Assembly (NCBI GenBank): GCA_030867685.1
Contig: JAQOWU010000008.1
Location: 4,216,001 to 4,280,000, forward strand
Reading direction: 5' to 3'
Source: Wickerhamiella versatilis
Lineage: Eukaryota
Length of the DNA: 64,000 bases
Each line of letters begins with the position of its first letter. Within the stretch, counting starts at the first letter, position 1. The notes beneath the pieces are model-generated. The model ran no database searches. It was given only the letters and a program-made list of their open reading frames with translations, and was not told the origin of the DNA. This document shows, in pieces, positions 1 through 10,617 of this stretch. Position numbers and translations under genes: made by a program.

Positions 1-1171
1 TGACAGTCTCTACTAAAGATAAGCCATATGGAAACCTCGAGGACGGTGGAAATTTTGATAGAATACTAGCAACAAGGCCAACAAGCAATGCAAGACAGTC
101 AAAGAACATATGAATACTGTCACTGAGAAGACCCAGAGAATGTGATAATAGGGAGTATAATAATTGAACAAACATGAAGCTCAGATTAATTAGAAAAAAG
201 AAAAAAATTCCTCTAGTATCTTCATGTACCAATATAGAGTCCAGAACGGACCAGGCTGTATGAGAGGACCCTAAGCCTACGTTAGCTTGTGACATATCCC
301 AGGGTCCTAGCAAACTGGGGAGAACAGCTAGAAAACCGCCTATTTCAATTGGAGATGCTAAAAACATTTTCACAGTAATAGCAACAAGCGCTGAAGCAAT
401 TGGATTAAACGCTCTGGGTACTATATCTCGACGAGACAACAAGTAAGCACCCAATGATCCACTACCAATGGCCGCAATCATAAAGGTTCTCGCTGAAGGA
501 AGACCTCGAAGAAATGCTAGTATCAGACATAGGGTTCCTGTAGCAATAGCCATGAGTGGATCTACTCCTGTTGGGCTGTCAGCAGAAAGCCACCATACTG
601 TACCAACCAGCGGAACTAAATCTAAAAGCCTCCAAAATGATTCGGACGCAAATAGTGCCGCAATCACCAGGAACCAAACGGCGTAGAATTTTAGCGGGAA
701 CTTATGGCCAGCCAAGCTGATGCCTGTGGCACTAATCGCTAATGCGGTCAGGAGGCTAGTGGGAATAGATGTTGCAGCACTCCATGAAAGGCACAAAAGG
801 CCACATGCCATTCTCAGTGTGCTCATCTTTTGAGGGCGTGAACGATTTAGATATGCAATAGGCCCAGATCCGACAAGCACCACGCCAGTCACGATCAATG
901 ATGTCTCTAACGGTAGAACCGTAACATGCTTAATAGCACTAAGGCCTGTGGGTAAAGCAAGTATTGCAGGAATACCTTGTATCCATTTTTCGCTTCCATG
1001 CTGTACTGTGGGTGACTGAGGAGGATGGTGAGTGTGTGACGTATGGCGTTGAAAATCATTTAGCATCGAAGGTACACTGTGTAGCCCCCAATCATCGGGC
1101 GTTACAGTATTACGACGAATTGGTGCGATCCTAATCGTATCGCTTCGAGCCCTCCCGCCAGACTTCGACAT
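1..1171 (-). CDS. MSC2: CDF-family zinc transporter (Msc2/ZnT5-7-like), 3' end beyond window start
   Basis: Hand translation from the ATG at 1171 stays open to the window edge. It contains DTRGIFFFFLINLSFMFVQLLYSLLSHSLGLLSDSIHMFFDCLAL...RFPYG (CDF TM1-TM2 with the SDxxHxxxD signature) after a long hydrophobic N-terminal region. Not in the ORF track. Confidence 0.85.
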   Translation of the reverse strand, partial: MSKSGGRARSDTIRIAPIRRNTVTPDDWGLHSVPSMLNDFQRHTSHTHHPPQSPTVQHGSEKWIQGIPAILALPTGLSAIKHVTVLPLETSLIVTGVVLVGSGPIAYLNRSRPQKMSTLRMACGLLCLSWSAATSIPTSLLTALAISATGISLAGHKFPLKFYAVWFLVIAALFASESFWRLLDLVPLVGTVWWLSADSPTGVDPLMAIATGTLCLILAFLRGLPSARTFMIAAIGSGSLGAYLLSRRDIVPRAFNPIASALVAITVKMFLASPIEIGGFLAVLPSLLGPWDMSQANVGLGSSHTAWSVLDSILVHEDTRGIFFFFLINLSFMFVQLLYSLLSHSLGLLSDSIHMFFDCLALLVGLVASILSKFPPSSRFPYGLSLVETV

Positions 1172-1378
1172 ACTCTCTCGATGGGTAACCTTGTCACGCT
1201 GACAGAGACAAAGAAGACTAGCTGCAAACGGAGTTATTCGTGTTCCTCTATTTCCTAGGTTAATGATCGCGAGCTATAAAAAATGAATAAATTCATAACC
1301 TCAGTAAAATTCTAATATTGACACTCTGTTTTTCACTTATATCTCTTAAGGCCGCTTTCGACACCAACGCTAGCTGAC

Positions 1379-2086
1379 ATGATGCACCCTGGTGATAACG
1401 ACAGTCAGGATGCGGAGCAGAGACAGATATTGCAAGCAGCTCCATGGAGACATGACCCATACTACTTTCAAACTGTAGAGATATCGTCCGTTGCACTAGC
1501 TCGAATGACAGACCATGCTCGTGAAGGAGGTTCGCACGAGGTTATGGGAATAATGACGGGATGCATAGGGCCCAATCATAATTTTATTGTGCTGGATAGC
1601 TATGCATTGCCAGTAGAAGCCACAGAAACCCGTGTTAATGCATTGGGCGATGCCTATGGCTACGTTGTCCAATATCTTGCAAGCCTGCGAAAAGTGGGGC
1701 GCAATGAGAACATTGTAGGCTGGTACCACTCACATCCAGGTTATGGTTGTTGGCTTTCGCGGATTGATATCGGTACACAAACACAAAACCAAGCGTTTCA
1801 AGATCCATTCCTCGCTGTGGTTATTGATCCTGTGGCAACCCGCACGTCACAGCACGTCGACATTGGAGCATTTCGTACTACAGAAAACGATTACTATCGG
1901 CTTCCAGTAACATACAGAAGCACTAACTATGATGCACCAGTGGTCTTGTCCCGAGATTGGCCCGAGGCTTTAGCGAAAGCTGAGGTTTCAAGACCGCAAC
2001 CTAAGCCTGGATCGTTTCGCCAGATAGCCAAGGACATTAAATCAAGATCTACAGCTCTTATCGCCTATCAAGTTAGATCGCAATAA
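1379..2086 (+). CDS. RRI1: COP9 signalosome deneddylase CSN5 (JAMM/MPN+), short form
   Basis: [16 protein letters not shown] and [17 protein letters not shown] (JAMM HxH..D) motifs; N-terminal PWRHDPYYF typical of CSN5. Confidence 0.92.
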   Translation: MMHPGDNDSQDAEQRQILQAAPWRHDPYYFQTVEISSVALARMTDHAREGGSHEVMGIMTGCIGPNHNFIVLDSYALPVEATETRVNALGDAYGYVVQYLASLRKVGRNENIVGWYHSHPGYGCWLSRIDIGTQTQNQAFQDPFLAVVIDPVATRTSQHVDIGAFRTTENDYYRLPVTYRSTNYDAPVVLSRDWPEALAKAEVSRPQPKPGSFRQIAKDIKSRSTALIAYQVRSQ

Positions 2087-2099
2087 TAGAAAAGAAGGC

Positions 2100-3377
2100 T
2101 TATTCGACTTTATTTAATTTTATTTTCGATGCATTAAGAAGAGAGGCCTTTCGCAAAGTTGCTAATACCAGAAGGAGGGAAGCGAAGATTACCACAAGTG
2201 AAGTTATGTTCTGGGCAAAGACAGCATGCTCACTGCTAAGCGTAGGAATCCTGAATGGAATCTCATTAGATTGAACAACCCAGAATTCAGTGTCTCGAGG
2301 GAATGCAGACTCCAGATTCAATTTGCTTGGACTATACTCACGACCATCCCTCGAGGGACAGGCCCAGAAAACATTGGGTGCTATAATAATATCATTAAAA
2401 GTGAGTTCCGTTGTTGGTAGCTGATATCGAAAATGCAACGGGATTTCGTAATTTGTAGTTTGCCCTGATAACCAGACTAATGCGACAGAGCCTTTATCCA
2501 CAGACCAACTAGCTGCCTCTAAGTCTGTTTCACCCCAGACTTGGATCAAATTTTCGAGTTGATACCTGTCTACAAAAACTGAGGATGGCAATTCAAGTTT
2601 GGCGAAGAGACGGCATTCAGGTTCCGGCTGTGCGCCAGTTACATCTAACTGCAACACAGGGTGTAGTCCATATGGGCTTTCTATACTTGCATGTGCCCTA
2701 CTCGGTACCAGGAGATTTTGGTTTGGATGTTCTTGAAAAAGCAGTGGTTGACTGGTGGCAGACTTCTGACCTACTGCTCGATATCTACCGGAATATGCAA
2801 AACCACCCGAGGGAAGGAGTTTTTGCTCCAAAACACCAACCTCTGTTGTTTCACCGACCTGAGTAACTACTTCATGCCATGCTCTAGGGGTAAACCAGGC
2901 CTCAATGACAGTTGAGTTAGCAACAGCATCACTGCGAACGGACAAGGCATCGACTGAGTCCAGCTCAAAGTGACTTCTCAATATCTCAGATACCCACGTT
3001 GTTAGCGATGGTTTGTTAGCTTCCAGGGAACCTGCCCAGGTTTCGAAACCCTCAGATACCACCGGCACACCAGGCCTTAGGCTTACTTTGGAAAGCCAAG
3101 GGTACAAATCGGTTGGCCAATTTGTTCTAACGTCGGTTGAAAGACGTAATCCAATTTCCAGTGGTGGGCTGAAAGGAAGAGACAGAGCTTCGGGTGTAGC
3201 CCATGTAAGAAGTACATCGTGTGAACCAAAATACTCTGCACCGTCTAATCGTACACGCACATGTTTGGCTGCCTCAACGCCATCCAGCTCTAGTACATTC
3301 CCACTTTTTTTAGGATGTATTCGTCTAATAGCCTTTCCAGCGTCATCAGCTATATAACTGATGCGCACTCGCGCCAT
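2100..3377 (-). CDS. PBN1: GPI mannosyltransferase I subunit PIG-X/Pbn1
   Basis: GLHPVL, LPSSVFVDRYQL, WGETDLEA and IPLHFRY motifs plus one C-terminal TM segment. Confidence 0.85.
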   Translation of the reverse strand: MARVRISYIADDAGKAIRRIHPKKSGNVLELDGVEAAKHVRVRLDGAEYFGSHDVLLTWATPEALSLPFSPPLEIGLRLSTDVRTNWPTDLYPWLSKVSLRPGVPVVSEGFETWAGSLEANKPSLTTWVSEILRSHFELDSVDALSVRSDAVANSTVIEAWFTPRAWHEVVTQVGETTEVGVLEQKLLPSGGFAYSGRYRAVGQKSATSQPLLFQEHPNQNLLVPSRAHASIESPYGLHPVLQLDVTGAQPEPECRLFAKLELPSSVFVDRYQLENLIQVWGETDLEAASWSVDKGSVALVWLSGQTTNYEIPLHFRYQLPTTELTFNDIIIAPNVFWACPSRDGREYSPSKLNLESAFPRDTEFWVVQSNEIPFRIPTLSSEHAVFAQNITSLVVIFASLLLVLATLRKASLLNASKIKLNKVE

Positions 3378-3737
3378 GATGACAAAACGAACCAGCTAGG
3401 ACCCATCCCATACAAACTATCAATCAAAAGACCATTTAGTGGTTTAAGTTTATTTTTGTAACTCAAAAGAATTGATGGAATTTGATATCAGCTATACAAA
3501 AAAGTAGTAGCATTTACAAACGCAAATTTGTCCCTTTTGTCCTTTGGGTGCGCTGGCAGGTAAAATAAGTCTCAATATCCAGATTTTTTATAGAATATTT
3601 CATCAAAACATTTCTATTTCGGGCTACGACGCTCGTTGTTCACTAAAATGATATGAGACTAATCATGTGCAAAAAGGGGCTGGTTCATTACCCGTGATTA
3701 CATACACGACGCATCGACGTGCCATTACATTCGAACA

Positions 3738-4259
3738 ATGGTTCACGATGTTCCTGAGCCAAGTACACCACCGCGACAATTGAGGAATGATACGCTGCCT
3801 ACGACGCCTGCAACACCGCGGTTCGGTACGTTTGAGGACTTACCAAGCATGCCACAAAAGCAACGTTTATACCAAACGTATCCAGAGCAGACACCTCGCC
3901 GCAGCGATCGGCGTCCATCACAAATGGCAACTCCAGGGCAGACGCCAAAGAAACGACAACTAATTGCTACTCCCAGTAAGACTGGAAGACGTGTGAAGAG
4001 AACAATAGCTCATCGTTCGGCTAAATCTCAGTCGGAAACATCAGTGACTCCAATTCAAGGCATTGGAGGTGACAATGAAGAGGAACACCCCCACAATGCC
4101 AAACCCAGAGGCCCTGGGATGTGGTTTGTTTTCCGAGGAAAGAAAATATTTCGACCCCTTCCACCAGGTGAAGAACCAGTTAAGCCAGTGCGATTATTTC
4201 CCCACGCACAAGACGAAAAAAGTGGTCAATCCGAGGAAGAAACAGATCATGAACTTTAA
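3738..4259 (+). CDS. Disordered TP-rich protein, probable Sic1/Rum1-family CDK inhibitor
   Basis: Eight Thr-Pro sites (several TPxK/R), GMWFVFRGKK and C-terminal KPVRLF resembling the Sic1/Rum1 KPxxLF motif. Confidence 0.55.
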   Translation: MVHDVPEPSTPPRQLRNDTLPTTPATPRFGTFEDLPSMPQKQRLYQTYPEQTPRRSDRRPSQMATPGQTPKKRQLIATPSKTGRRVKRTIAHRSAKSQSETSVTPIQGIGGDNEEEHPHNAKPRGPGMWFVFRGKKIFRPLPPGEEPVKPVRLFPHAQDEKSGQSEEETDHEL

Positions 4260-4292
4260 AACCTATTTATTTATGCCAATATAATTTTTAAT

Positions 4293-6335
4293 TTAGAGAG
4301 ACTCGAAAGCATCCGACATATCCACTGGTGTGCTAGATTTCCGGGTATCATCCGACTCATGGGTTGCTTCCACAGGTTTTTCGGCTTGATGCAATTGTGA
4401 AGAGCTGTGTGAGCTATAAGACGTGACTCTACTTGAAACCTTGCGAGTCGGTGCTGTCTGACGCTTAAGCTCAAGGAAAAGGTTGTCACGGTCTTCTAAC
4501 ATATCACGCAAGAGCTGTTGCGGAAAACTGTCTCCTAGGTTCAAAGCACTTGGCTCCTGTGTGCGGATTAATAGTGGTCCAACCTCGCGTGTAATGTCTG
4601 CTATTTGGGTATCTGAGGCATTGGCAATGGTCAAAATCCGTTTGAGATGGGCCGTGATAACGTCCAAGCTTGCAATCATACTGACTCTGATTTGCGCAAG
4701 CGTATTACGGGTTGCCGCTAGTCGTAGAGGGAGCTCACCCGGATCACGATACTTAATATACATAGAGCGCAATGCGTCGTAGTATTGCGAGGGAATCAGA
4801 CTCTCTGGAAGCTCAAGGAGGTATAGCTTGAGTGCTGAAACGACTACTGGCGGTTCATGTCTTGAAAGTATTTCGCTGAAATTTTGGCTTGCATTAAGCT
4901 CACGCCGAAGCTCGTGAGTCGCTCTGAGAGGCACGTCAACTGTCCATAGTCCAAGTCGTACATCGTCATTTTCGAGTAGAGGATACGTTGTGTCAAGATA
5001 AGCAAGTATCGCCGATATTAACAATGGAACAAGCTTATTATCACCACGGCTCCTGAGTTCAAGATCCACTCCAAAGACAGAGGCCCCATCAACACTACTG
5101 TAATAATTATCGTAAACAACCACCTGAGGGCTGAATCTGCCGGTTTGATAGGTCTCCACAAGAAATCTGAGATCCTGCACTGGATCCGTAGTCTCCTGGA
5201 AAAGCAAGAGATTATCCACGGAAGCTTGGATGGCAGGGACAACGTTTGACACCGCTGCAACCAAGTCCAGCATAACGGCCTTGACGGCTTTTAGCCTATC
5301 AAATTCGCAACGCTCCATGAACGTAAAGTGTTCGGAGATCTGCTCCTCAAGCTCACATCGAACATTGTCCAATATCTGAACGTTTTTTCGATAACGCTGA
5401 TCGAGCTCCTTTACCTCCTTATCCCCACCGAAGCCCCACCGTTCTCCCAATTCAGTGAGAGCCCCTAAATCAGGTCCATAGTGACTGAATCCAGCAAAAG
5501 ACCAAGCATGGGGACGCCATTGGTATGCCATGACGCTTGAGTTCGCGAACTGATTTCCTACCTGTCCCACAAGGCGGAGCATGCCGGCATTGACGAGATC
5601 CTGGCCTGCCTTTTCTGCCTCTTGTATGGATCCAGCCACACCATTTTTAATCATAAAGTCTACGATATTGGATCCAAATGAACAGTTTTCGTAGGTCCCC
5701 AATATAGCAACGCGATATGGTTGCTGGGGAATCTCTCGAAGCATGCGGGCAATCAGTGCTTGTGCATCTTCCGAGCTCCATAAATGACCTGCTAGAGTAA
5801 GTTCCTCACTAGTTGGTTTCTCGCTATCACCTGCATTCTCCTCTTCTGAGCTTTCTGCACCCTTGGCTTCTTTAGCATCCTCCAACAACCGGCACTTGTT
5901 AAAATAACGCTTTTGCGAACGCGAAGCTTCTGCGTATTCACGTTCATACTGACGGATTTTTTTGCCTATTGCTTCTTTCGAGCGATCTACGCGACTTTTA
6001 TGCAGTATGCTCCATTTACTGAATGGATCCACTACCATGGTTTGGATGTTTCTCGCAACTTGAATGTGCTGCCTCCCCTCCTTCGCCATCTCCTGTATAA
6101 TCCCCTCATAGCCACGTTTGAGTGTTGCACCATCATCACGGCCAAACCCATTGCGGTTTAGAGGAACTGATGAGGGAAGTTCTGAGAGGGTCGAGCCATA
6201 GGCTAACTCTGCCTCTGCACGGGCATTTGCAAGTCCCAAAATCTCAGAATTCTCTATGCAACCCTGTTCAAGCTTTTCAAAAAGCTTCTCGAATCCACCA
6301 GCATATCCAGGGGTCCAAAACCGCTCGCGAAACAT
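4293..6335 (-). CDS. RGD2: F-BAR-DEP-RhoGAP protein
   Basis: N-terminal FWTPGYAGG F-BAR start, DEP segment (AEKAGQDLVNAGMLRLVGQVGNQFANSS), RhoGAP LKLYLLELPESLI; start taken at first ATG 6335 (track starts at a TTG). Confidence 0.88.
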   Translation of the reverse strand: MFRERFWTPGYAGGFEKLFEKLEQGCIENSEILGLANARAEAELAYGSTLSELPSSVPLNRNGFGRDDGATLKRGYEGIIQEMAKEGRQHIQVARNIQTMVVDPFSKWSILHKSRVDRSKEAIGKKIRQYEREYAEASRSQKRYFNKCRLLEDAKEAKGAESSEEENAGDSEKPTSEELTLAGHLWSSEDAQALIARMLREIPQQPYRVAILGTYENCSFGSNIVDFMIKNGVAGSIQEAEKAGQDLVNAGMLRLVGQVGNQFANSSVMAYQWRPHAWSFAGFSHYGPDLGALTELGERWGFGGDKEVKELDQRYRKNVQILDNVRCELEEQISEHFTFMERCEFDRLKAVKAVMLDLVAAVSNVVPAIQASVDNLLLFQETTDPVQDLRFLVETYQTGRFSPQVVVYDNYYSSVDGASVFGVDLELRSRGDNKLVPLLISAILAYLDTTYPLLENDDVRLGLWTVDVPLRATHELRRELNASQNFSEILSRHEPPVVVSALKLYLLELPESLIPSQYYDALRSMYIKYRDPGELPLRLAATRNTLAQIRVSMIASLDVITAHLKRILTIANASDTQIADITREVGPLLIRTQEPSALNLGDSFPQQLLRDMLEDRDNLFLELKRQTAPTRKVSSRVTSYSSHSSSQLHQAEKPVEATHESDDTRKSSTPVDMSDAFESL

Positions 6336-6378
6336 GTCCTCTGTATCCCTTTCCTTCGTCAGCAATCCTGAAACGAGA

Positions 6379-6720
6379 ATGTCTGAGTCTGTGAGTTATC
6401 CCCGTGTATGCATAAAGTTTTGCACCAGATGCCGTTGGAATCTTCGTGCAGCATGGTACTTGCAGGAACTGTTGAGCACTTTTGGTCCTGATCTTGGTGA
6501 GGTGGCAATGGCACCAGGGGAATCTGGTGTATTTCGTGTTACACTTACAACTAGCAGCAATGCTGAACCTATAGAGATTTGGGATAGAAAACTTAAAGGT
6601 GGATTTCCTGATGCGAAAGAATTGAAGCAATTGGTGCGCAATATTATTCAACCAGATCGTAGTCTCGGCCACTCAGACAAGCCTGGGGGTCTTGTTGCTG
6701 ATTGCAAGGACTGCCAGTAA
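6379..6720 (+). CDS. SelW/SelT/SelH (Rdx) family thioredoxin-like protein with CxxC
   Basis: PRVCIKFCTRCRWNLRAAWYLQELLSTF...IWDRK..GGFPDAKELKQLVRNII is the Rdx family signature; ATG 6379 preferred because the upstream part overlaps RGD2. Confidence 0.88.
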   Translation: MSESVSYPRVCIKFCTRCRWNLRAAWYLQELLSTFGPDLGEVAMAPGESGVFRVTLTTSSNAEPIEIWDRKLKGGFPDAKELKQLVRNIIQPDRSLGHSDKPGGLVADCKDCQ

Positions 6721-6985
6721 AAATTTACGGGATGAAATCGTCTTAGCTTTTTCTGCAGTAAGTTCATAATCAAGACTGGACCTTGTAAATACTGAAAATT
6801 TCCCGTACATATTATGTCCAGCATGAAACAGCATCTTATTTTTTTGAACAGTATGCAACACTCTCTAAATTTTGGCTCCTGTAAAATTCTAGCTAGCTTT
6901 AGACTGTTGCCTTCTATGGTCTTCTCCAGCCCTGTATCATCAACGTCGAATACTGTTGCGACAGTCAGCAGATGCTATCGGCAGA

Positions 6986-8026
6986 ATGCGCTTAGATGAA
7001 GAGTACGGTCGACTAACTCCCCGAGTATTCTCAAAAAGTCATTTCGGCTTCATAAATTCCCTTGCAGTAGATCCCACGGGTAGATTTTTGTTAGGTGGAG
7101 GCGCCGACTCGGCTATCTCAATATGGGAGATAAATAGTGATGGCGGGGAACCTGCAGCCAAAATTCCCAGGCATCATACGCATGATTTTGGTGTTTCAAA
7201 AGTTTGCTGGTGGCCAGAAGATCCAGCTATGTTCTTGAGTGGAAGTTTTGATTCCAAGGTATGTGTCTGGGACACACAACAACTTGAGACGGTATATGCG
7301 TTCAAACAAAATCAGAAGGTTTATTCGCTTGACATATCTTCAGATGGATTGGTAGCTGTTGGTATGGACCATCCATTTGTTCAGATTCTCGATCTAAGGG
7401 CAGGGGGAGTAACACAGACACTTAGAACACATTCAGGAAAGATCCACAGTGTAAAATGGTCTCCTAATAGTGAAAATCTTCTGGCCACTGCAGGAAGTGA
7501 TGGAACTGTTCGTTTATGGGATATAAGGCGCGGTGAGGCTTGTGTCACTAGTCTCGATCTAATGCGCACATCTCCACGTAATGAATTAGCACCTCTCGGA
7601 TTTCGTAGAGCTCACCGTACGTCCGTTAACGGATTGGCTTGGTATGGTCAGGGCTATCAGCTGTTGTCTGTAGGAAATGACAACAAAGCGAGACTCTGGG
7701 ACCTTACTGAAGCCGGTGGCGTCAACATGGCTGTTAATTATGGGCCATTGTTTCAAAACAGGCACTCTCAGACACTTGATCCATGCATTAGTCCCGAAGG
7801 TGATCTCCTGTTCGATTACGTTCTGCTTCCTTCTGACACTGGTGACATTCTCTTGTTGCGTGGAGTAGATGGCAAACTTGTAAGACGCCTCGAGCCTCCC
7901 AATGGCGAGCATGGAGCTCGAAAAGCCTGTGTAGTTTCTGGTGGTCAGGGACGCGCTGACTTTTTTTCAGGAAATTCAGCGGGTGCTGTTATTAGGTGGC
8001 GCCCTGATATCTGGACAAAAGCATGA
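6986..8026 (+). CDS. RAD28: WD40 protein, CSA/ERCC8 (Rad28/Ckn1)-like
   Basis: WD40 repeats with AHRTSVNGLAW, DNKARLWD and NMAVNYGP as in the CSA family; first ATG 6986. Confidence 0.75.
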   Translation: MRLDEEYGRLTPRVFSKSHFGFINSLAVDPTGRFLLGGGADSAISIWEINSDGGEPAAKIPRHHTHDFGVSKVCWWPEDPAMFLSGSFDSKVCVWDTQQLETVYAFKQNQKVYSLDISSDGLVAVGMDHPFVQILDLRAGGVTQTLRTHSGKIHSVKWSPNSENLLATAGSDGTVRLWDIRRGEACVTSLDLMRTSPRNELAPLGFRRAHRTSVNGLAWYGQGYQLLSVGNDNKARLWDLTEAGGVNMAVNYGPLFQNRHSQTLDPCISPEGDLLFDYVLLPSDTGDILLLRGVDGKLVRRLEPPNGEHGARKACVVSGGQGRADFFSGNSAGAVIRWRPDIWTKA

Positions 8027-8282
8027 AGCGAAACGGCTATGCATCCGTCTCATGTCTAACAATATTTATTTTAAAGTGCATTCGCAGGTATGTTAATGAT
8101 TGAATCTGTGCGTGCCGCTGCCGCTGTCTGGAAACTCTTTACGTACCTTATAACTTATTCTTCAGCTAGGTAACTACCTACCTCTTAAGTTAGAGCGCGG
8201 TCATAGATTAAAAATACCTAGAGATATAATTCTGCAAATTTTGAAAGTCTTAAATTATTGTAATGCACTAGATCTCTAAGCA

Positions 8283-9416
8283 TCATCGTTTACTAGGGCT
8301 ATCTGAAAGATCCAAAAGATGGCCCATTCGCTGAACCTTCGTGGAAAGATATTTTTCGACTTCATCTGATCGAAATCCACCACGCTTTTGCCATGACAAT
8401 GGAATCATGGGAACACGCGCAGTTACTTTGACAAGTCCCTCCTTCCCTTCAACAGCGACTATTTTATCAGGATTGTTCGTGAGGAGTCTTATTCTAAGCA
8501 ATCCTAAGTCGACAAGAATGGCTGTGGCCAAACTGAAAGAGCGAGAATCAGCAGGGTGTCGAAGCATTAGATTCGCTTGAACAGTATCTGCCCCAAGATC
8601 TTGCAAATTATACGCCTTGAGCTTTTCGGCAAGACCAATTCCCCGTCCTTCCTGCCTCAAGTAGACAATAACGCCATGTCCCTCAGCGCTCATTAGACGA
8701 GAGGCTTCGTCAAGCTGTTCGCCACAGTCGCAACGGGCAGACCATGCCGTTTCGCCTGTGTAACACTCGGAATGAATACGGCATAATACATCACGTTTCA
8801 ACGGCGATTTCTTCAATTCTTCTGATGCGCCACTCTCTATTCTGCCGGGATAAAGCTTGCCTGTATAAGCACCTCGAGTCATACGATCTTGCTCGGTCTC
8901 ACCAGGCCTGTGCTCAAACAGTGATTGCGAATGAATATCATCGCCGTATACAATAGCCAAATGCTCTTTATCATCAATGTTATTCCTGTACAAATGTAAA
9001 AACATCTCTGTTCCTGCAGTGGTAGGTATTCTTGCTCTAGAAACACACCAGACACGAGGCAGATCGTCCACCAACTGATCCCTAACATGACTCTGCCTAT
9101 GTAAATCCTGAGAATGCACCCTGATATCCAAATTTTCAGGTACCTCATCCCGTCCCACCCCATGGACAAGGTCTATTGTAGACTGTGTGGGCGTGAATGG
9201 CGGGGACACTAAAGACATGCCACGAAGCCCTTCCACATCAAGCGATTCAGAAACAACCGAATCCACTGGTGTTTCGGACCGACCATTCGGTGGTGCTGAC
9301 CTGTCGGCACCGCCGTTCAAGCCCGGATTATCAGCTTCGCCATCTGAGTGCATGACTAAATTCTTCTTGAGGGCCTTCGACTTTATAGAACTGAACCTGA
9401 AAAGGAAACTATCCAT
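8283..9416 (-). CDS. RIB1: GTP cyclohydrolase II (riboflavin biosynthesis)
   Basis: [34 protein letters not shown] and LLTNNPDK motifs; true start may be the ATG at 9353. Confidence 0.96.
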   Translation of the reverse strand: MDSFLFRFSSIKSKALKKNLVMHSDGEADNPGLNGGADRSAPPNGRSETPVDSVVSESLDVEGLRGMSLVSPPFTPTQSTIDLVHGVGRDEVPENLDIRVHSQDLHRQSHVRDQLVDDLPRVWCVSRARIPTTAGTEMFLHLYRNNIDDKEHLAIVYGDDIHSQSLFEHRPGETEQDRMTRGAYTGKLYPGRIESGASEELKKSPLKRDVLCRIHSECYTGETAWSARCDCGEQLDEASRLMSAEGHGVIVYLRQEGRGIGLAEKLKAYNLQDLGADTVQANLMLRHPADSRSFSLATAILVDLGLLRIRLLTNNPDKIVAVEGKEGLVKVTARVPMIPLSWQKRGGFRSDEVEKYLSTKVQRMGHLLDLSDSPSKR

Positions 9417-9637
9417 ATGATATATCCGTGGTCGAAGAAGAGAGCTTATTGTATCTAACCTTAATATTTATATGGTGCTTAACAGCTTCTAAGTTCCAAA
9501 TATTAACCTTAGCGGATCTCGGAGTGATTATTCGGAGTTCTTTAAAAATTGCAACGAACTTTAGAATAAATGCTTACTCTTATTTTCAAAATAGTTTTGG
9601 CAACGATTAGCTGATATATCTTAGTGGATCATTTTTG

Positions 9638-10078
9638 ATGTCGCCCCGCACATGGTCTCTAGCGCTTGGCAGCGTTGCCGCACTGGCAGCAAATGGATGT
9701 GCACGTAGGTATGCGCATGTATGGGCGTCTTCGAACCGGATTTATTTGCCTGTTCGCAAAGAAATGGAATTTGACCCGTTGCTCTCACTACCAAACCCCT
9801 TACTGGCTCATTTTACAATTCCCTTTGACGCAAACTGTCAAGCCGTGAGTCAAACACTTAGAACTATAATTGATGGTGAAACCCCATGTGCTTTGAGCTG
9901 TGCCGATGTAGAATGTGATGAGCCGGATGCGCAACCCATCATATTAAGGTATGCGATCAGAAAGTTTCCCACAATTCTATGGCTCAAGGGTGGAAACGTG
10001 GTTTCGGAAATTACACCCACCAGTGATGACCCTGAGTCTGAGATACGTCGGTGGATTCAGGAGACAAGCAATAAGTAA
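9638..10078 (+). CDS. Thioredoxin-fold protein lacking CxxC, with a presequence-like N-terminus
   Basis: LLAHFT..FDANC...DVECDE....LRYAIRKFPTILWLKGGNVV matches thioredoxin topology including the cis-Pro motif (FPT); N-terminus is Arg/Ser/Ala-rich and acid-free. Confidence 0.55.
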   Translation: MSPRTWSLALGSVAALAANGCARRYAHVWASSNRIYLPVRKEMEFDPLLSLPNPLLAHFTIPFDANCQAVSQTLRTIIDGETPCALSCADVECDEPDAQPIILRYAIRKFPTILWLKGGNVVSEITPTSDDPESEIRRWIQETSNK

Positions 10079-10275
10079 GATTGAGGGGTATACCCAATGA
10101 TGGTGATATAGCGGAGATTTGTACTTATTATGAATATAAATACATAAAACATCTTACCATGTAAGTAATATCGAATTTATTTGCTCATGACTTGAAAAGG
10201 CACATATATATAAATACACTACGATGAAGTTAACTTACATTGAACCAGCGGATATACTTAGTAATAATACCGCTA

Positions 10276-10602
10276 ATGGGATGGTGGCCGTTTGCCGAGG
10301 AGCAGCCAAAGGTTATACGCCAGGAGGAACGACAGCAATGCTGGCGGGCCCGTGATGTTTTCTTTGATTGCCTTGACCAGCATAAAATATTGGATCCGCG
10401 ATATGATAAGAAGGCTACCCGAAAAGCTTGTCCACAGGAAATCCAAGATTTCGAAAACATGTGTATCCCTGCTTGGACAGACTATTTCGCACAAAAGCGG
10501 GTGGCTAATGTAGCAAAGGAGCTACGCATACGCAAGCTTGAAGCGGAGGGATATCAAGCGATTGATCGACCATTGAACGAGCTGCCCAGACGTAAAGATT
10601 AA
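10276..10602 (+). CDS. COA6: Cytochrome c oxidase assembly factor Coa6 (CX9C...CX10C)
   Basis: RQQCWRARDVFFDCLD...CPQEIQDFENMCIPAWTDYFAQKR. Confidence 0.9.
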   Translation: MGWWPFAEEQPKVIRQEERQQCWRARDVFFDCLDQHKILDPRYDKKATRKACPQEIQDFENMCIPAWTDYFAQKRVANVAKELRIRKLEAEGYQAIDRPLNELPRRKD

Positions 10603-10617
10603 ATATTCATACTAACC

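Noticed and set aside
6256-6378. Upstream extension of the Rdx ORF and TTG extension of RGD2, implying a head-to-head coding overlap
   Set aside because: Family similarity begins at ATG 6379 and ATG 6335; the extensions are most likely just open-frame run-on
6379-6720. Selenoprotein (UGA recoding) in the SelW-like gene
   Set aside because: The motif is CTRC encoded by TGC codons; no in-frame TGA
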